Below, one piece after another: positions 9,993 to 20,358 of a DNA stretch of 64,000 bases. A model generated the notes under the pieces. It worked only from the letters and a program-made list of their open reading frames with translations, searched no databases and was not told where the DNA came from. A program made the position numbers and the translations under genes. The DNA lies in contig OY762069.1 in the NCBI GenBank assembly GCA_963665095.1, forward strand, positions 3,840,001-3,904,000, written 5' to 3'. Each line of letters opens with the position of its first letter. The stretch's first letter is position 1. The DNA comes from an uncultured Desulfobacter sp. (GTDB lineage: Bacteria > Desulfobacterota > Desulfobacteria > Desulfobacterales > Desulfobacteraceae).

Positions 9993-12392
9993 ATGACAAA
10001 GCAGCAAAGCCGCACCCAGATCCTGAAAAAAAGAAGCAAAAAGAAAGAAAAAAGCCTGCTATTAACCCTTTTTAAATGGATGTGTTTTCTGCTAACCCTC
10101 GGGATTCTTGCAGGATGCGCAGGCATTGCAGGTCTGTTTTTCTATCTGAGCAAGGATCTTCCACAGATTAACTCCCTCAATGATTACCGCCCCTCCATTG
10201 TCACAAATGTATTCTCTGATGATGGAAGAAAAATAGGCGAGTTTTACAAGGAACGCAGAATCGTCATCCCTTTGTCCGACATGCCCGCCAATCTGATAAA
10301 CGCCTTTGTGGCAGCGGAGGATTCCCGTTTCAGAGAGCATCCCGGAATTGATATTCAGTCCATCATAAGGGCTTTTATTAAAAATTTCATGGCAGGTACC
10401 ATTGTCCAGGGGGGCTCCACCATTACCCAGCAGGTGACCAAATCTTTTTTGCTCACACCGGAGCGAACATATGAGCGCAAACTCAAAGAAGTAATTCTAT
10501 CCTATAAAATAGAAAAAAAATTTTCAAAAGATGACATATTATTTCTCTATCTGAATCAGATTTATTTAGGCCATGGAGCTTACGGGGTTGAAGCCGCCTC
10601 TGAAAATTATTTCGGCAAACACGCCAAGGACCTGAGCTTGGCAGAATGCGCCGTGCTGGCAGGCTTACCCCAGGCCCCCAGCCGATACAGCCCCTTTCAC
10701 TATCCAGACAAAGCCAGACAGCGGCAGATTTACACCCTGAACCGGATGAAAGAGGAGGGAATGATCTCCAATATTGAGGCCACTCAAGCCATTAATGCCA
10801 AACTGGATATCAAACCCAGAAAAAACTGGTTTATCGAACGGGTCCCCTGTTATACAGAACATGTCAGACGGTATGTGGAAAAAAAATACGGAGGTGACCT
10901 GCTTTACACCCAGGGCTTAAGTATCCATACCGCTGTAAATATTGAACTCCAGAAAATGGCCAGGGCCGCTGTCAACAAAGGCCTGACAGAACTTGACAAA
11001 CGATGCGGATACAGGGGCCCTGTCAAAAACATCCCTGCCCTTCAGATAAATGATTTCTGCCAGAACATTGTGGAAGAACTCAATGGCAGCCTGCCATCCA
11101 AAGGCAATATTTATCAGGGGGTTGTCCTCAACGTGGACGACCACAATAAAATTACCCACGTAAGGGTAGGAGACGTCACAGGCATTATCCACCTTTCTAC
11201 CATGAACTGGGCCAGAAAACCTGACATAAAAAAGGCGCCCTATAAAATCCAAACGCCGTCCAGCGCACTCAAACCCGGAGATGTCATCTATGTTCAGGTT
11301 CTTAAAGAGATGCTGGAAGGCAAGGAATATGAATTTGCTCTGTACCAGGAACCGGTGGCACAGGCAGCCCTTTTAAGCATTGAAGCGGAAACAGGACACG
11401 TCAAGACCATGATCGGTGGCCGGGACTTTAAAGACTCCCAGTTCAACCGGGCATTTCAGTCCAGGCGCCAGCCCGGCTCCGCCTTCAAGCCGATTCTGTA
11501 TGCAGCCGCTCTTGACAAGGGTTACACAGCGGCCAGCGTTATTATTGACTCGCCGGTTGTTTTTGAGGATGAGGAGCGGGACCTGGTGTGGAAACCCCAT
11601 AATTACGCAGAAATATTTTACGGTCCCACCCTGCTTCGTGAAGCACTTGCCAAGTCCAGAAATATTGTTACCATTAAAATCCTGCAGGACATCGGCATTG
11701 ACTATGTAATCTCCTATGCCAGGGAGTTAGGCATTACCTCCCCTATTGCCAGGGATCTGTCCATCTCCTTAGGCTCCTCCGGGGTCTCCCTGTTTGAAAT
11801 AACAAAAGCCTATTCCGTATTCTCCAACCTTGGCTACCTCATTGAACCCGTGTTTATCACGGAAATTTACGACCGGGACAACAATCTGCTGGAATCTTCT
11901 AAGCTGGTTCGAAAAAAAGTAATGGATATGGGCACGGCCTATATTATGACAAGTTTGCTTGAAAGTGTGGTACAGGCCGGAACAGGAAGACGGGTCAAGG
12001 CATTACACAGGCCCGTGGCAGGTAAAACAGGCACCACCAACGATCTTCATGACGCCTGGTTTATGGGGTACACCCCCCGGTATACCACAGGCGTATGGGT
12101 GGGCCTGGACCGGGAAGCCCCCTTAGGCAAAAGGGAAACGGGCTCCCGAGCCGCAAGCCCTATCTGGCTGGAATATATGGCACACGCCCTGGAAGGCAAA
12201 TCAGTCCGCGAGTTTACAGTACCTGAAGGCATTATCCGGGTTAAAATTGATGCCAAAACCGGCCTTTTACCTATTCCTGAAAGTGAAAAAACTATATTTG
12301 AATGCTTTAAGGAAGGCTCTGAACCCACCGAACATACGCCCAGGCCCGATGAAATCCGGACAACGGAAGAACTATTTAAGGAAGGCATTTAG
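9993..12392 (+). CDS. mrcA: Penicillin-binding protein 1A
   Basis: TM anchor, EDSRF/GGSTITQQ glycosyltransferase, OB insert, SAFK/SRN/KTGT transpeptidase motifs; start approximate. Confidence 0.92.
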   Translation: MTKQQSRTQILKKRSKKKEKSLLLTLFKWMCFLLTLGILAGCAGIAGLFFYLSKDLPQINSLNDYRPSIVTNVFSDDGRKIGEFYKERRIVIPLSDMPANLINAFVAAEDSRFREHPGIDIQSIIRAFIKNFMAGTIVQGGSTITQQVTKSFLLTPERTYERKLKEVILSYKIEKKFSKDDILFLYLNQIYLGHGAYGVEAASENYFGKHAKDLSLAECAVLAGLPQAPSRYSPFHYPDKARQRQIYTLNRMKEEGMISNIEATQAINAKLDIKPRKNWFIERVPCYTEHVRRYVEKKYGGDLLYTQGLSIHTAVNIELQKMARAAVNKGLTELDKRCGYRGPVKNIPALQINDFCQNIVEELNGSLPSKGNIYQGVVLNVDDHNKITHVRVGDVTGIIHLSTMNWARKPDIKKAPYKIQTPSSALKPGDVIYVQVLKEMLEGKEYEFALYQEPVAQAALLSIEAETGHVKTMIGGRDFKDSQFNRAFQSRRQPGSAFKPILYAAALDKGYTAASVIIDSPVVFEDEERDLVWKPHNYAEIFYGPTLLREALAKSRNIVTIKILQDIGIDYVISYARELGITSPIARDLSISLGSSGVSLFEITKAYSVFSNLGYLIEPVFITEIYDRDNNLLESSKLVRKKVMDMGTAYIMTSLLESVVQAGTGRRVKALHRPVAGKTGTTNDLHDAWFMGYTPRYTTGVWVGLDREAPLGKRETGSRAASPIWLEYMAHALEGKSVREFTVPEGIIRVKIDAKTGLLPIPESEKTIFECFKEGSEPTEHTPRPDEIRTTEELFKEGI

Positions 12393-12465
12393 TCCGGCAT
12401 AGTCCAAAATCTAATTTTCAAGACCTGCCACAGAAAACCTGCAACCTGGTATTTTCAGATAGTGG

Positions 12466-13563
12466 CTAAACAAAACCCTTAGTTGAACTGCTTGATAGGC
12501 GGACGCATGCCTGAACCTGACCTACAGCCAGGGCCACATTCTGCTTAATGGTAAGCACAACTCCCGGGTATTGTTCAGCCAGCCGGGCAAGATTCGTCTT
12601 TCTGTTGCCCTGAAGCCGGGACAAAGATTTCGGGTTTACCTGCAACTCCACGGATAGCGGTTGTCCCGGGCGGGGGCCCTTCCGAATGTTTCCTTCGTGG
12701 TCCAGGGCCGCATCCACCGCTTCTTTTGCCCTGTCGAGCATGAGAGAAGATAAAACCAGATGACCGAAGGCCGGATGCCAGGGCCCTGCAATCATCTGTG
12801 AACTATCTTCCATCATATCCGTCGCCTGAAGTCCGATTCGTGTCACAGTCACCCCGGCCCGGGTAAAAATTGTGACCATCTCTTTGGCCTGGTCAACGGC
12901 CTGATCAAGACTTAAGGGCCGGTATTTACCTGAACGGTACCAGTGGGCCAGGCGGGAACCGGCCAGCACCAGCAACGGATAGACCCTGGCAAGATCCGGG
13001 CGCAGAGCGGCCAGTTCCTGAGCTGTCTGCACAGCACGATGCTTGGTATCTCCTGGAAGCCCCACCATCACCTGTACGCCGGTCTTAAATTCATATTCCT
13101 TGAGCAGGGCAAGAGCTGCCCTGGTATCATTGCTGGAATGACCTCTGTCAGCCAGTATCAGGACCTGGTCATCCATGGACTGGACACCTAACTCTACAGT
13201 GGCAAGGCCAAAAGGTTTTACAAGTTTTAGAATCTCCCGGGAAATGGTATCCGGACGGGTGGAGCAACGGATACTGTGAATGAGACCCTGTTCGATCCAG
13301 GGCTGGACTGATTCAAGCAGGGCAACCATCCTGGGCCGTTCCAAACCAAGAAAATTGCCCCCAAAAAAGGCCAGTTCCACCCTGGTCCGATTTTTTTTAT
13401 ACTTCAGATAGGTATGAATTGTTTCAGCCAGCCGGCCTGATTCCTCCCGCAACGACTCCCCGTAGCTGGTCTGTCGGGAAATGAGGCGCTGGTTGCAGAA
13501 AACACACAAATGGGGGCATCCCTGGTGCGGAATAAAAAAGGGGATAATCAGAGGGGGGCTCAT
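12466..13563 (-). CDS. Radical SAM protein (Elp3/YhcC-like)
   Basis: GCPHLCVFCNQ (CxxxCxxC), STRPD, ELGVQS, GPWHPAFG. Confidence 0.88.
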   Translation of the reverse strand: MSPPLIIPFFIPHQGCPHLCVFCNQRLISRQTSYGESLREESGRLAETIHTYLKYKKNRTRVELAFFGGNFLGLERPRMVALLESVQPWIEQGLIHSIRCSTRPDTISREILKLVKPFGLATVELGVQSMDDQVLILADRGHSSNDTRAALALLKEYEFKTGVQVMVGLPGDTKHRAVQTAQELAALRPDLARVYPLLVLAGSRLAHWYRSGKYRPLSLDQAVDQAKEMVTIFTRAGVTVTRIGLQATDMMEDSSQMIAGPWHPAFGHLVLSSLMLDRAKEAVDAALDHEGNIRKGPRPGQPLSVELQVNPKSLSRLQGNRKTNLARLAEQYPGVVLTIKQNVALAVGQVQACVRLSSSSTKGFV

Positions 13564-13625
13564 ATTTAATCAGCTCCAGACCGAAAAAATCATGCGTGGA
13601 AAACCGGAAACCTGGCGTTCAAACA

Positions 13626-15191
13626 CTAATGACACGCCGAATCGGGCATCAGAATAGACAGGGCCTGTCGTGCGGCATCCTGCTCAGCAGCTTTTTTTGT
13701 TTTTCCTGTTCCTGTGGCGGTTACAGAATCCAGTGTCATACAGATTTCAAATGTTTTGTCATGGTCCGGACCCTCTTCTTTGGCCAGAACATAGTCCGGA
13801 GTCGTACCAAAATGCTCCTGGGCATATTCCTGAAGTCCGCTTTTATAATCAACCGTATCTGCAGAAGCCAGCACCTGCCTGACGGGCTGGTCAAAAAGAC
13901 GGCGTACTACAGCCTTTGCCCTGTCAAATCCGGCATCCATGTATACCGCAGCCATAACCGCTTCAAACGCATCAGATAATATGGAGTTTTTATCACTCCC
14001 TCCAGATAAAAACTCTCCCTTGCCCAATTTTACAAACCGCCCAAGATCAATCTTTCGGGCAATCAGGGCCAGCCCATTCTCGCTGACAAGGGTAGCGCGC
14101 AGTCGAGAAAGATCCCCCTCCTTTTTCAAGGGATCACCGTCCATGAGCATATGGCCCACACACAGTCCAAGCACTGCATCCCCCAGAAATTCCAGGCGTT
14201 CGTTATCCGCATCACAGGTACTTTGATTTTCATTGAGGTATGAACGATGGCACAAGGCATTGATTAAAATAGCCTGATCCTTAAACCGGTAATCAAGATT
14301 ACGCTCAAGCAGATCCAGACGGGGATCGGACTGCACCTCAAGCAGCCTGTCTTTCAGAGATTTAAACACAGATATATTCACGTTCAGATTCCCACGCCCC
14401 CGGCCCAGATCCACCCCCTGATTAAAACTGCCGTGAAAATCAGATCCGCCGGTGGCAATCAGCCCTTTGCTTTGTGCCAGATCGGCAAAATATTTTGTTT
14501 TGGCTGAATCATGACCGGAATAATACACCTCAATGCCGGCCAGCCCGTCCTCTGCCAGGATATCCACAAAGGTACCCAGATCATGGGCATATTCAAATTC
14601 AATAATTCCCGGATGGGCCAGGACCGGAAGGCCGCCGGCATCCAGTATCAGCCTTATGGCATCCCGGCAGGTAATTTTAAATTTTTCTACATAGGCAGGC
14701 TTGTTTTTACCCAGATACAGGCCAAAGGCCTGGCGGAAATCTGACACATACCCTTTTTCCACCAGTAGTTCAGCAATGTGGGGACGGCCTGTCTGACGAG
14801 CCCCGAATCGTTTTTCAACCTCGGCAAGGGTAATATCAAATCCCAGTTCATTCAGTTTATCAATTATTTTGGGATTCCGGTTTGTCCGGGCATCTGCCGC
14901 ACATGCAAGGGCCTGGTTCAGGGCAGCATCGTAAATGGAAAACCCATATCCAAGCATATGGATACTTCCAAGATTTTTAAACTGTGATGGCGGCGTGCAG
15001 GAAATTTCAACGCCTGTGATGAACTCTACCGGGTAGGAGTGAACAACATCCTTAATTTCCAGGATGCCGGAAATGGTATCATGATCGGTCAGAGAGACAG
15101 CACTGATCCCTGTTTCTTTTGCCAGCTCAAGAATCTGCCTGGGGGTCAAAGACCCGTCCGAGGCAGTGGAATGTACGTGAAGATCAATCAA
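13626..15191 (-). CDS. rnc: Fusion of a PHP-domain phosphoesterase and ribonuclease III
   Basis: N-terminal IDLHVHSTASDG, LTDHD, GGSDFHG (PHP); C-terminal NERLEFLGDAVL, SDAFEA, dsRBD, all in one frame. Start put at TTG 15191 (ORF track uses 15254). Confidence 0.88.
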   Translation of the reverse strand: MIDLHVHSTASDGSLTPRQILELAKETGISAVSLTDHDTISGILEIKDVVHSYPVEFITGVEISCTPPSQFKNLGSIHMLGYGFSIYDAALNQALACAADARTNRNPKIIDKLNELGFDITLAEVEKRFGARQTGRPHIAELLVEKGYVSDFRQAFGLYLGKNKPAYVEKFKITCRDAIRLILDAGGLPVLAHPGIIEFEYAHDLGTFVDILAEDGLAGIEVYYSGHDSAKTKYFADLAQSKGLIATGGSDFHGSFNQGVDLGRGRGNLNVNISVFKSLKDRLLEVQSDPRLDLLERNLDYRFKDQAILINALCHRSYLNENQSTCDADNERLEFLGDAVLGLCVGHMLMDGDPLKKEGDLSRLRATLVSENGLALIARKIDLGRFVKLGKGEFLSGGSDKNSILSDAFEAVMAAVYMDAGFDRAKAVVRRLFDQPVRQVLASADTVDYKSGLQEYAQEHFGTTPDYVLAKEEGPDHDKTFEICMTLDSVTATGTGKTKKAAEQDAARQALSILMPDSACH

Positions 15192-15219
15192 AACCTGTTG
15201 TACTGCACTCTTAGGTTCA

Positions 15220-15582
15220 TTAAATACCCAGGGCTTTTTCCATATTTTCTTCACGGGTTTTACAGGTAATGCACTGGGTGGTTACCGGCCGGGCTTTGAG
15301 TCGTGCAATGGAGATATCTTCTTCACAGATTTCACACAGGCCAAAAGTCCCATTTTCAATTCGCTCAAGGGCTTTTTTGATTTTTTTAATCAGTTTATGC
15401 TCACGATCCCGGATACGCAGCTCAAAGCTTCTTTCCGCTTCATGGGAAGCGCGATCCGTGGGGTCGGCAAAATTCTCCTTAGGCTGGGTCATGCCGGTGA
15501 CAGTGGTGTCGGCATGGGAAAGCAACTCATTGAGCCTTTCTGTTAACAGCTCTTTAAAATAATCCAGATCTTCTTGTTTCAT
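15220..15582 (-). CDS. dksA: RNA polymerase-binding protein DksA
   Basis: DPTDRAS coiled-coil tip; CEIC...RLKARP...CITC zinc finger. Confidence 0.93.
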   Translation of the reverse strand: MKQEDLDYFKELLTERLNELLSHADTTVTGMTQPKENFADPTDRASHEAERSFELRIRDREHKLIKKIKKALERIENGTFGLCEICEEDISIARLKARPVTTQCITCKTREENMEKALGI

Positions 15583-15714
15583 ATTGTGTTGTCCTTCTCG
15601 TTAGATGTACTTTGCTCGACACTATTAAGAGTTAATTATTATATTCATGCACCCTATAAAAGTAAAGTACTTAATCCCGTCCAACGAGACAGACTGGTGA
15701 ATTTAATCCAGACA

Positions 15715-16452
15715 CTATGAATGTTCTTTGCCAGGGGCGATCAGACTGCGAATCCATCCCAGCATGGTATTACCTTTCAGGCAGTCTTTTTCTGCCGCCT
15801 CCAGAACCTTTGTCATCTTTTCGGTATCGCCATATCGATCTTTTCTGGTAATTATCGCACGGTCGGGATCAAGCTGACGAACCACTCTGGCAGGATTGCC
15901 GGCAGCCACAGTATTGGCAGGCACATCAGATGTAACAACCGCGCCTGCACCGATGACAGCATTTGTTCCAATGGTGACACCCTTGCAGACAATGGCTGAA
16001 TCACCAATCCACACATTCTCCTCCAGGACAACCTTTGAACGGGTAGATGGCGGCAGAGACCGGTCATAGATCCCGTGCCAGTCAGAATCTGTAATATAGG
16101 AATGACTTGCCAGCATGCAGGAGTCCGCAATAGAAATGGAGTTGGCCGCAGATATCCTTACACCCGGAGAAATCAGCACATGATCCCCAATGCAGATACC
16201 GTCAATATCTTTTTCTTCAGACCATACAGTCAGCCGGGTCCGTTTGTCCGGACATCCCAGCAACGTAACATGACTGCCAATGGATATGGGACCACCGAAC
16301 AATTCAATATGCCATGGCTTGATGATATATGGATGGGGCCCCAGAGAGGTGAGCTGGGGAACAAGGTAGTGCCGGACATAAAAATCCTGGATCCGGTACC
16401 AGGCTTTTTTAATATAATATGGACGTTTATCCCTGATCATCTGTAGTGCCAA
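15715..16452 (-). CDS. Hexapeptide-repeat acyltransferase
   Basis: ENVWIGDSAIVCKGVTIGTNAVIGAGAVVTSDVP...AGNPARVV. Confidence 0.88.
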   Translation of the reverse strand: MALQMIRDKRPYYIKKAWYRIQDFYVRHYLVPQLTSLGPHPYIIKPWHIELFGGPISIGSHVTLLGCPDKRTRLTVWSEEKDIDGICIGDHVLISPGVRISAANSISIADSCMLASHSYITDSDWHGIYDRSLPPSTRSKVVLEENVWIGDSAIVCKGVTIGTNAVIGAGAVVTSDVPANTVAAGNPARVVRQLDPDRAIITRKDRYGDTEKMTKVLEAAEKDCLKGNTMLGWIRSLIAPGKEHS

Positions 16453-16468
16453 ACTTCAGACTGTTCTT

Positions 16469-17512
16469 TTACAGCCACTTATACTGATATCCATCCCAGG
16501 ATCCATGATCAAACAGGCGGCCTCCGGGTGTCAGATCATACAGAGCGTCTGCAGCCATCAGGACAACAGCATTGGTCCATGAAATTTTATCCTCCGGCCA
16601 GACAACCATATCCGGATAAGTAAACCCACACCAGAAAGTGTGATCCTCAAAAACCCGGTTATGAATCCAGGAAAATAAAATCCCTGCCTTCTGCCTGCGG
16701 CCCATTGCGTGCAGGGCCAGTACCAGTTCGGCAGATTCGGCAATGGTCACCCAGGGCTGGTCAGATACGCAACGACAGCCCTGTCCCTCAATTACGTATT
16801 TATGCCAGTACCTGTCAATGCGGGCCTCTGCCCGACTTCCCCGCAAGGCTCCGGATAACACCGGGTAAAACCAGTACATGGAAAACCTGGATTTGGACAC
16901 ATTGTAGACAAAAATATTATCAGAGATGGATCTGCCAAGCCTGTTAAGCGCAATTTCCCATTCCGGACGGGGAATGCCCAGTATCCCGGCAATGGCCAAC
17001 GCACACTTCAGACTCATAAATATGGAAGAAGACCCGGACAGAAGCGACATGGGATCGGCTTTCCCTTCTGGGCTTCTGGCCCAGTAGATTTCACCGGCAG
17101 CTGTCTGCAGCGTCAGCGCAAATTCAATCCCCTTTGACATGGCAGGCCAGAATTGTTTCAATTCGGAGCGGTCTTTCTTAATAAGATACTGATGAAACAG
17201 CCCCACAGCCAGATAGCACGCCATATGGGTTTCAGTAGTTCTGTCCTCGGGTACACTGTCCATATAAGATGAATACCAGGAACCATCTTCATTCTGGGCG
17301 CCCACCAGCCAGTTAAGGGCCGCCAGGGCCTGGTCATAAAACCCGCCGATATTGAGCCCCATGACCGACTCCACCAGGTCCCAGGGATCTGTCTTACCCC
17401 CCGCATGCCAGGGGATATCTCCGTTTTTCCGCTGCAGATCGGCTATCATCCGGATGACTGAGCCGGGGTTCAGGGGTGAATCAGGGTGCAGCTTCGCGCT
17501 TATCCGGTTCAT
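16469..17512 (-). CDS. Prenyltransferase/squalene-oxidase-repeat-like (alpha/alpha-barrel) protein
   Basis: DPWDLVE, WLVGAQNEDGSW (QxxDGSW) repeat, SMYWFYPVL, WVTIAES; start placed at MNRISA. Confidence 0.7.
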   Translation of the reverse strand: MNRISAKLHPDSPLNPGSVIRMIADLQRKNGDIPWHAGGKTDPWDLVESVMGLNIGGFYDQALAALNWLVGAQNEDGSWYSSYMDSVPEDRTTETHMACYLAVGLFHQYLIKKDRSELKQFWPAMSKGIEFALTLQTAAGEIYWARSPEGKADPMSLLSGSSSIFMSLKCALAIAGILGIPRPEWEIALNRLGRSISDNIFVYNVSKSRFSMYWFYPVLSGALRGSRAEARIDRYWHKYVIEGQGCRCVSDQPWVTIAESAELVLALHAMGRRQKAGILFSWIHNRVFEDHTFWCGFTYPDMVVWPEDKISWTNAVVLMAADALYDLTPGGRLFDHGSWDGYQYKWL

Positions 17513-17861
17513 GGGCTCTCTTAAACTGTGTATTCTGTATTCAGTTCCACGGCTGTGCGTTAAGTCTTCCAGCCAAAGCACCCAATACAAATGTAAAAGA
17601 ATTCAAACACCTTTATAACAATGCATTATCAAACAAGGCCAACCTATCAGACCCATTTTAATTTTACAAGATTTTACTTATTTATTCATGAATGATAATT
17701 CATATCCCTGTCGGTTTTTCGCCACTGGAGGGACCGTCCGTGTAATGTTTTCCAAACAGCCCAACTAACAATCTGAAATAAAAGAAAATATAAATATACA
17801 ATCTTGAAATTCCTGAAAAATGTTTTTTCTTGACAATCTCTATTCATTTAGGTAAACAAAA

Positions 17862-17877
17862 CTGAATGGTCATTCAG
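17862..17877. promoter_or_regulatory. Palindromic operator (TetR-type FadR-like) for the beta-oxidation operon
   Basis: CTGAATG-GT-CATTCAG just downstream of TTGACA (17830)-N17-TAAACA; related site TGAAT-GATA-ATTCA at 17689-17702. Confidence 0.6.
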
Positions 17878-17916
17878 AATATTTGATTATTTATACCCCA
17901 ACTTGAGGAGGAAATC

Positions 17917-20325
17917 ATGGTAAGAAAGATCAGAAAAGCAGCAGTTATCGGGTCCGGAATCATGGGAGGCGGAATCGCAGCCCTTCTCGCCGGCGCCGGT
18001 GTTGATGTGCTGCTGCTGGACATTGTCCCTTTTGATTTAACAGACGAAGAAAAGAAAGACCCTGCGGCCAGAAACCGCATTGTTGAGGCCGGCATGAAAG
18101 CGGCCTTAGCAGCCAAGCCCTCTTTATTTTTCAGCAAAAAAGACGCATCGCGCATCAGCCTGGGCAACCTGGATGATGACCTTGAAAAACTATCCGAATG
18201 CGACTGGATCGTTGAAGTTGTCGTAGAAAATCTGAAAATCAAAAGAGCTCTGTTCGAAAAGGTGGCCAAGGTCAAAAAAGACGGCGCCATCGTTACCAGC
18301 AACACATCCGGAATTCCCCTCAAGGATATGAGCGAAGGCTTTTCCCAGGAATTCAAAGAACACTTCATGGGTACCCACTTCTTTAACCCTGTCCGCTATA
18401 TGCATCTGCTCGAGCTGATCCCCGGGGCTGAAACAAAAAAGGAAGTTCTCGATTTCATCGCTCAGTTTGGCGAAAGGAACCTGGGTAAGGGTATTGTATG
18501 GGCCAAAGACACTCCGAACTTTGTGGGTAACAGAATCGGCGTTCAGGGCATTGGTGCCTGCATCAAGTTCATGCTTGAAGACAAGATGACAATCCCTGAA
18601 GTAGACGCACTGTTCGGACCGGCACTGGGACGTCCCAAAACTGCGATTTTCAAAACCACGGATCTCGTCGGTCTTGACACCATGTTCCATGTGGCTAAAA
18701 ACTCCTATGACCTGTGCGCAGACGATGAGCAGCGCGAAACCCTGGCCCTGCCTGAATTTGTCTCCACCATGGTTGAGAAAAAAATGCTGGGCAACAAAAC
18801 CCAGGGCGGTTTCTACAAAACCGAACTGACCCCTGAGTGGAAAAAACTGCGCAAGGTTCTCAATGTTGAAACCCTGGAATATGAAGACCTTGAAAGAGCC
18901 TCTTTCCCCTGCCTGGACGAAGCCAAGAAAAAAGGCACCCTGGAAGAGAAACTTGCCTGCGTGCTCAAAGGCGATGACAAAGGCGCCAAGTTTGCCTGGA
19001 AATGTCAGGCCAATGCCTTCCAGTATGCTGCCAACCGGATTCCCGAGATTGCCGACACCATCATCGAGATCGATAACTCCATGAAATGGGGTTACAACTT
19101 TGAGATGGGCCCCTTTGAGACCTGGGATGCCTATGGCGTTGAAGAAGCAGTTGAAAGAATGAAAGCCGAAGGTCTGGACGTACCGGCCAACGTGGCTGCC
19201 ATGCTCGACAAGGGTGTAAAATCCTTCTACAAACTTGAAAACGGTATTCGCTACTACTTTGACTTTGCCTCTGGTGAATACAAGGCTGTTCCGGTTTCCA
19301 AAAACATGGTTTCCATTGCTGCTGCCAAGGGTAACAACAAAACCGTATTTGAGAATGGCTCTGCAGCGCTGGTTGACATTGGAGATGATGTCTTCTGTAT
19401 CGAATTCCACACCAAAATGAATGCCATCAACGCTGAAATCGTTGACTCCATCGGCAAGGCCCTTGATTACGTGGAAGCCAACGGTGCCGGGCTGGTTATC
19501 GGTAACGAAGCCGGCGGCATGCCGGGTGCTTTCTCAGCCGGTGCGGATCTCTCTTATGTATCCAAACTGTGCCACGATAAAAAATACACTGAAATTGATG
19601 CATTCCTGGCCAAAGCCCAGGGCGGCATCCAGAGAGCCAAATACGCCCCCTTCCCCGTTGTTGCCGCACCATACGGCATGGTTCTGGGCGGTGGTTGCGA
19701 AACCTGCCTGGGCGCTGACCGTATCGTCGCCCATACCGAGCTTTTCATGGGCCTGGTTGAAATCGGCGTAGGGCTTCTTCCTGCCGGCGGCGGCTGCATG
19801 AACCTGTGGAAAAAATATGTGGATGCCCTGCCCGGAAAAACCGTAAAACAGGCAGATCTGGCCAAATTCTTCACCGAGGCATTCATGAAAATCGCCATGG
19901 CAGCCGTATCCATGTCTGCTGCCCAGGCCCGTGATAACGGTTTCCTTGGTTTGAATGACCGCGTTGTCATGAACCGTGACAACCTGGTGGGTGAAGCCAA
20001 AAAAGAAGTGCTCAAAATGGTGGACGACGGATATGTTCCCCCGCTGAAAAAGAAACTTAAAGTGATTGGCAACGCCGGTCAGGGCATGGTCAATGCCGAG
20101 CTGTTCAATATGCTCCATGGTAATTTCATGAGCGAATATGATGCCTTCCTGGCCAAACGCATTGCCTATGTCGTCAGCGGCGGCGATGCCAATGTGGGCA
20201 GTGAAATTGAGGAAGAAGGTATCCTCAAGCTCGAACGTGAAGCCTTTGTGGACTTCTGCAAGGAAGAAAAAACAGTTGCCAGAATCGACCATATGCTTAA
20301 AACCGGGAAGCCGCTTAGAAACTAG
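17917..20325 (+). CDS. fadN: 3-hydroxyacyl-CoA dehydrogenase / enoyl-CoA hydratase (FadN-type)
   Basis: GSGIMGGGIA, SNTSGIP, HFFNPVRYM; C-terminal crotonase (FSAGADL, GGGCE); TGKPLRN end. Confidence 0.9.
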   Translation: MVRKIRKAAVIGSGIMGGGIAALLAGAGVDVLLLDIVPFDLTDEEKKDPAARNRIVEAGMKAALAAKPSLFFSKKDASRISLGNLDDDLEKLSECDWIVEVVVENLKIKRALFEKVAKVKKDGAIVTSNTSGIPLKDMSEGFSQEFKEHFMGTHFFNPVRYMHLLELIPGAETKKEVLDFIAQFGERNLGKGIVWAKDTPNFVGNRIGVQGIGACIKFMLEDKMTIPEVDALFGPALGRPKTAIFKTTDLVGLDTMFHVAKNSYDLCADDEQRETLALPEFVSTMVEKKMLGNKTQGGFYKTELTPEWKKLRKVLNVETLEYEDLERASFPCLDEAKKKGTLEEKLACVLKGDDKGAKFAWKCQANAFQYAANRIPEIADTIIEIDNSMKWGYNFEMGPFETWDAYGVEEAVERMKAEGLDVPANVAAMLDKGVKSFYKLENGIRYYFDFASGEYKAVPVSKNMVSIAAAKGNNKTVFENGSAALVDIGDDVFCIEFHTKMNAINAEIVDSIGKALDYVEANGAGLVIGNEAGGMPGAFSAGADLSYVSKLCHDKKYTEIDAFLAKAQGGIQRAKYAPFPVVAAPYGMVLGGGCETCLGADRIVAHTELFMGLVEIGVGLLPAGGGCMNLWKKYVDALPGKTVKQADLAKFFTEAFMKIAMAAVSMSAAQARDNGFLGLNDRVVMNRDNLVGEAKKEVLKMVDDGYVPPLKKKLKVIGNAGQGMVNAELFNMLHGNFMSEYDAFLAKRIAYVVSGGDANVGSEIEEEGILKLEREAFVDFCKEEKTVARIDHMLKTGKPLRN

Positions 20326-20358
20326 GCCAGGCGCTTTAAAATTTAGGAGGACAAAATA

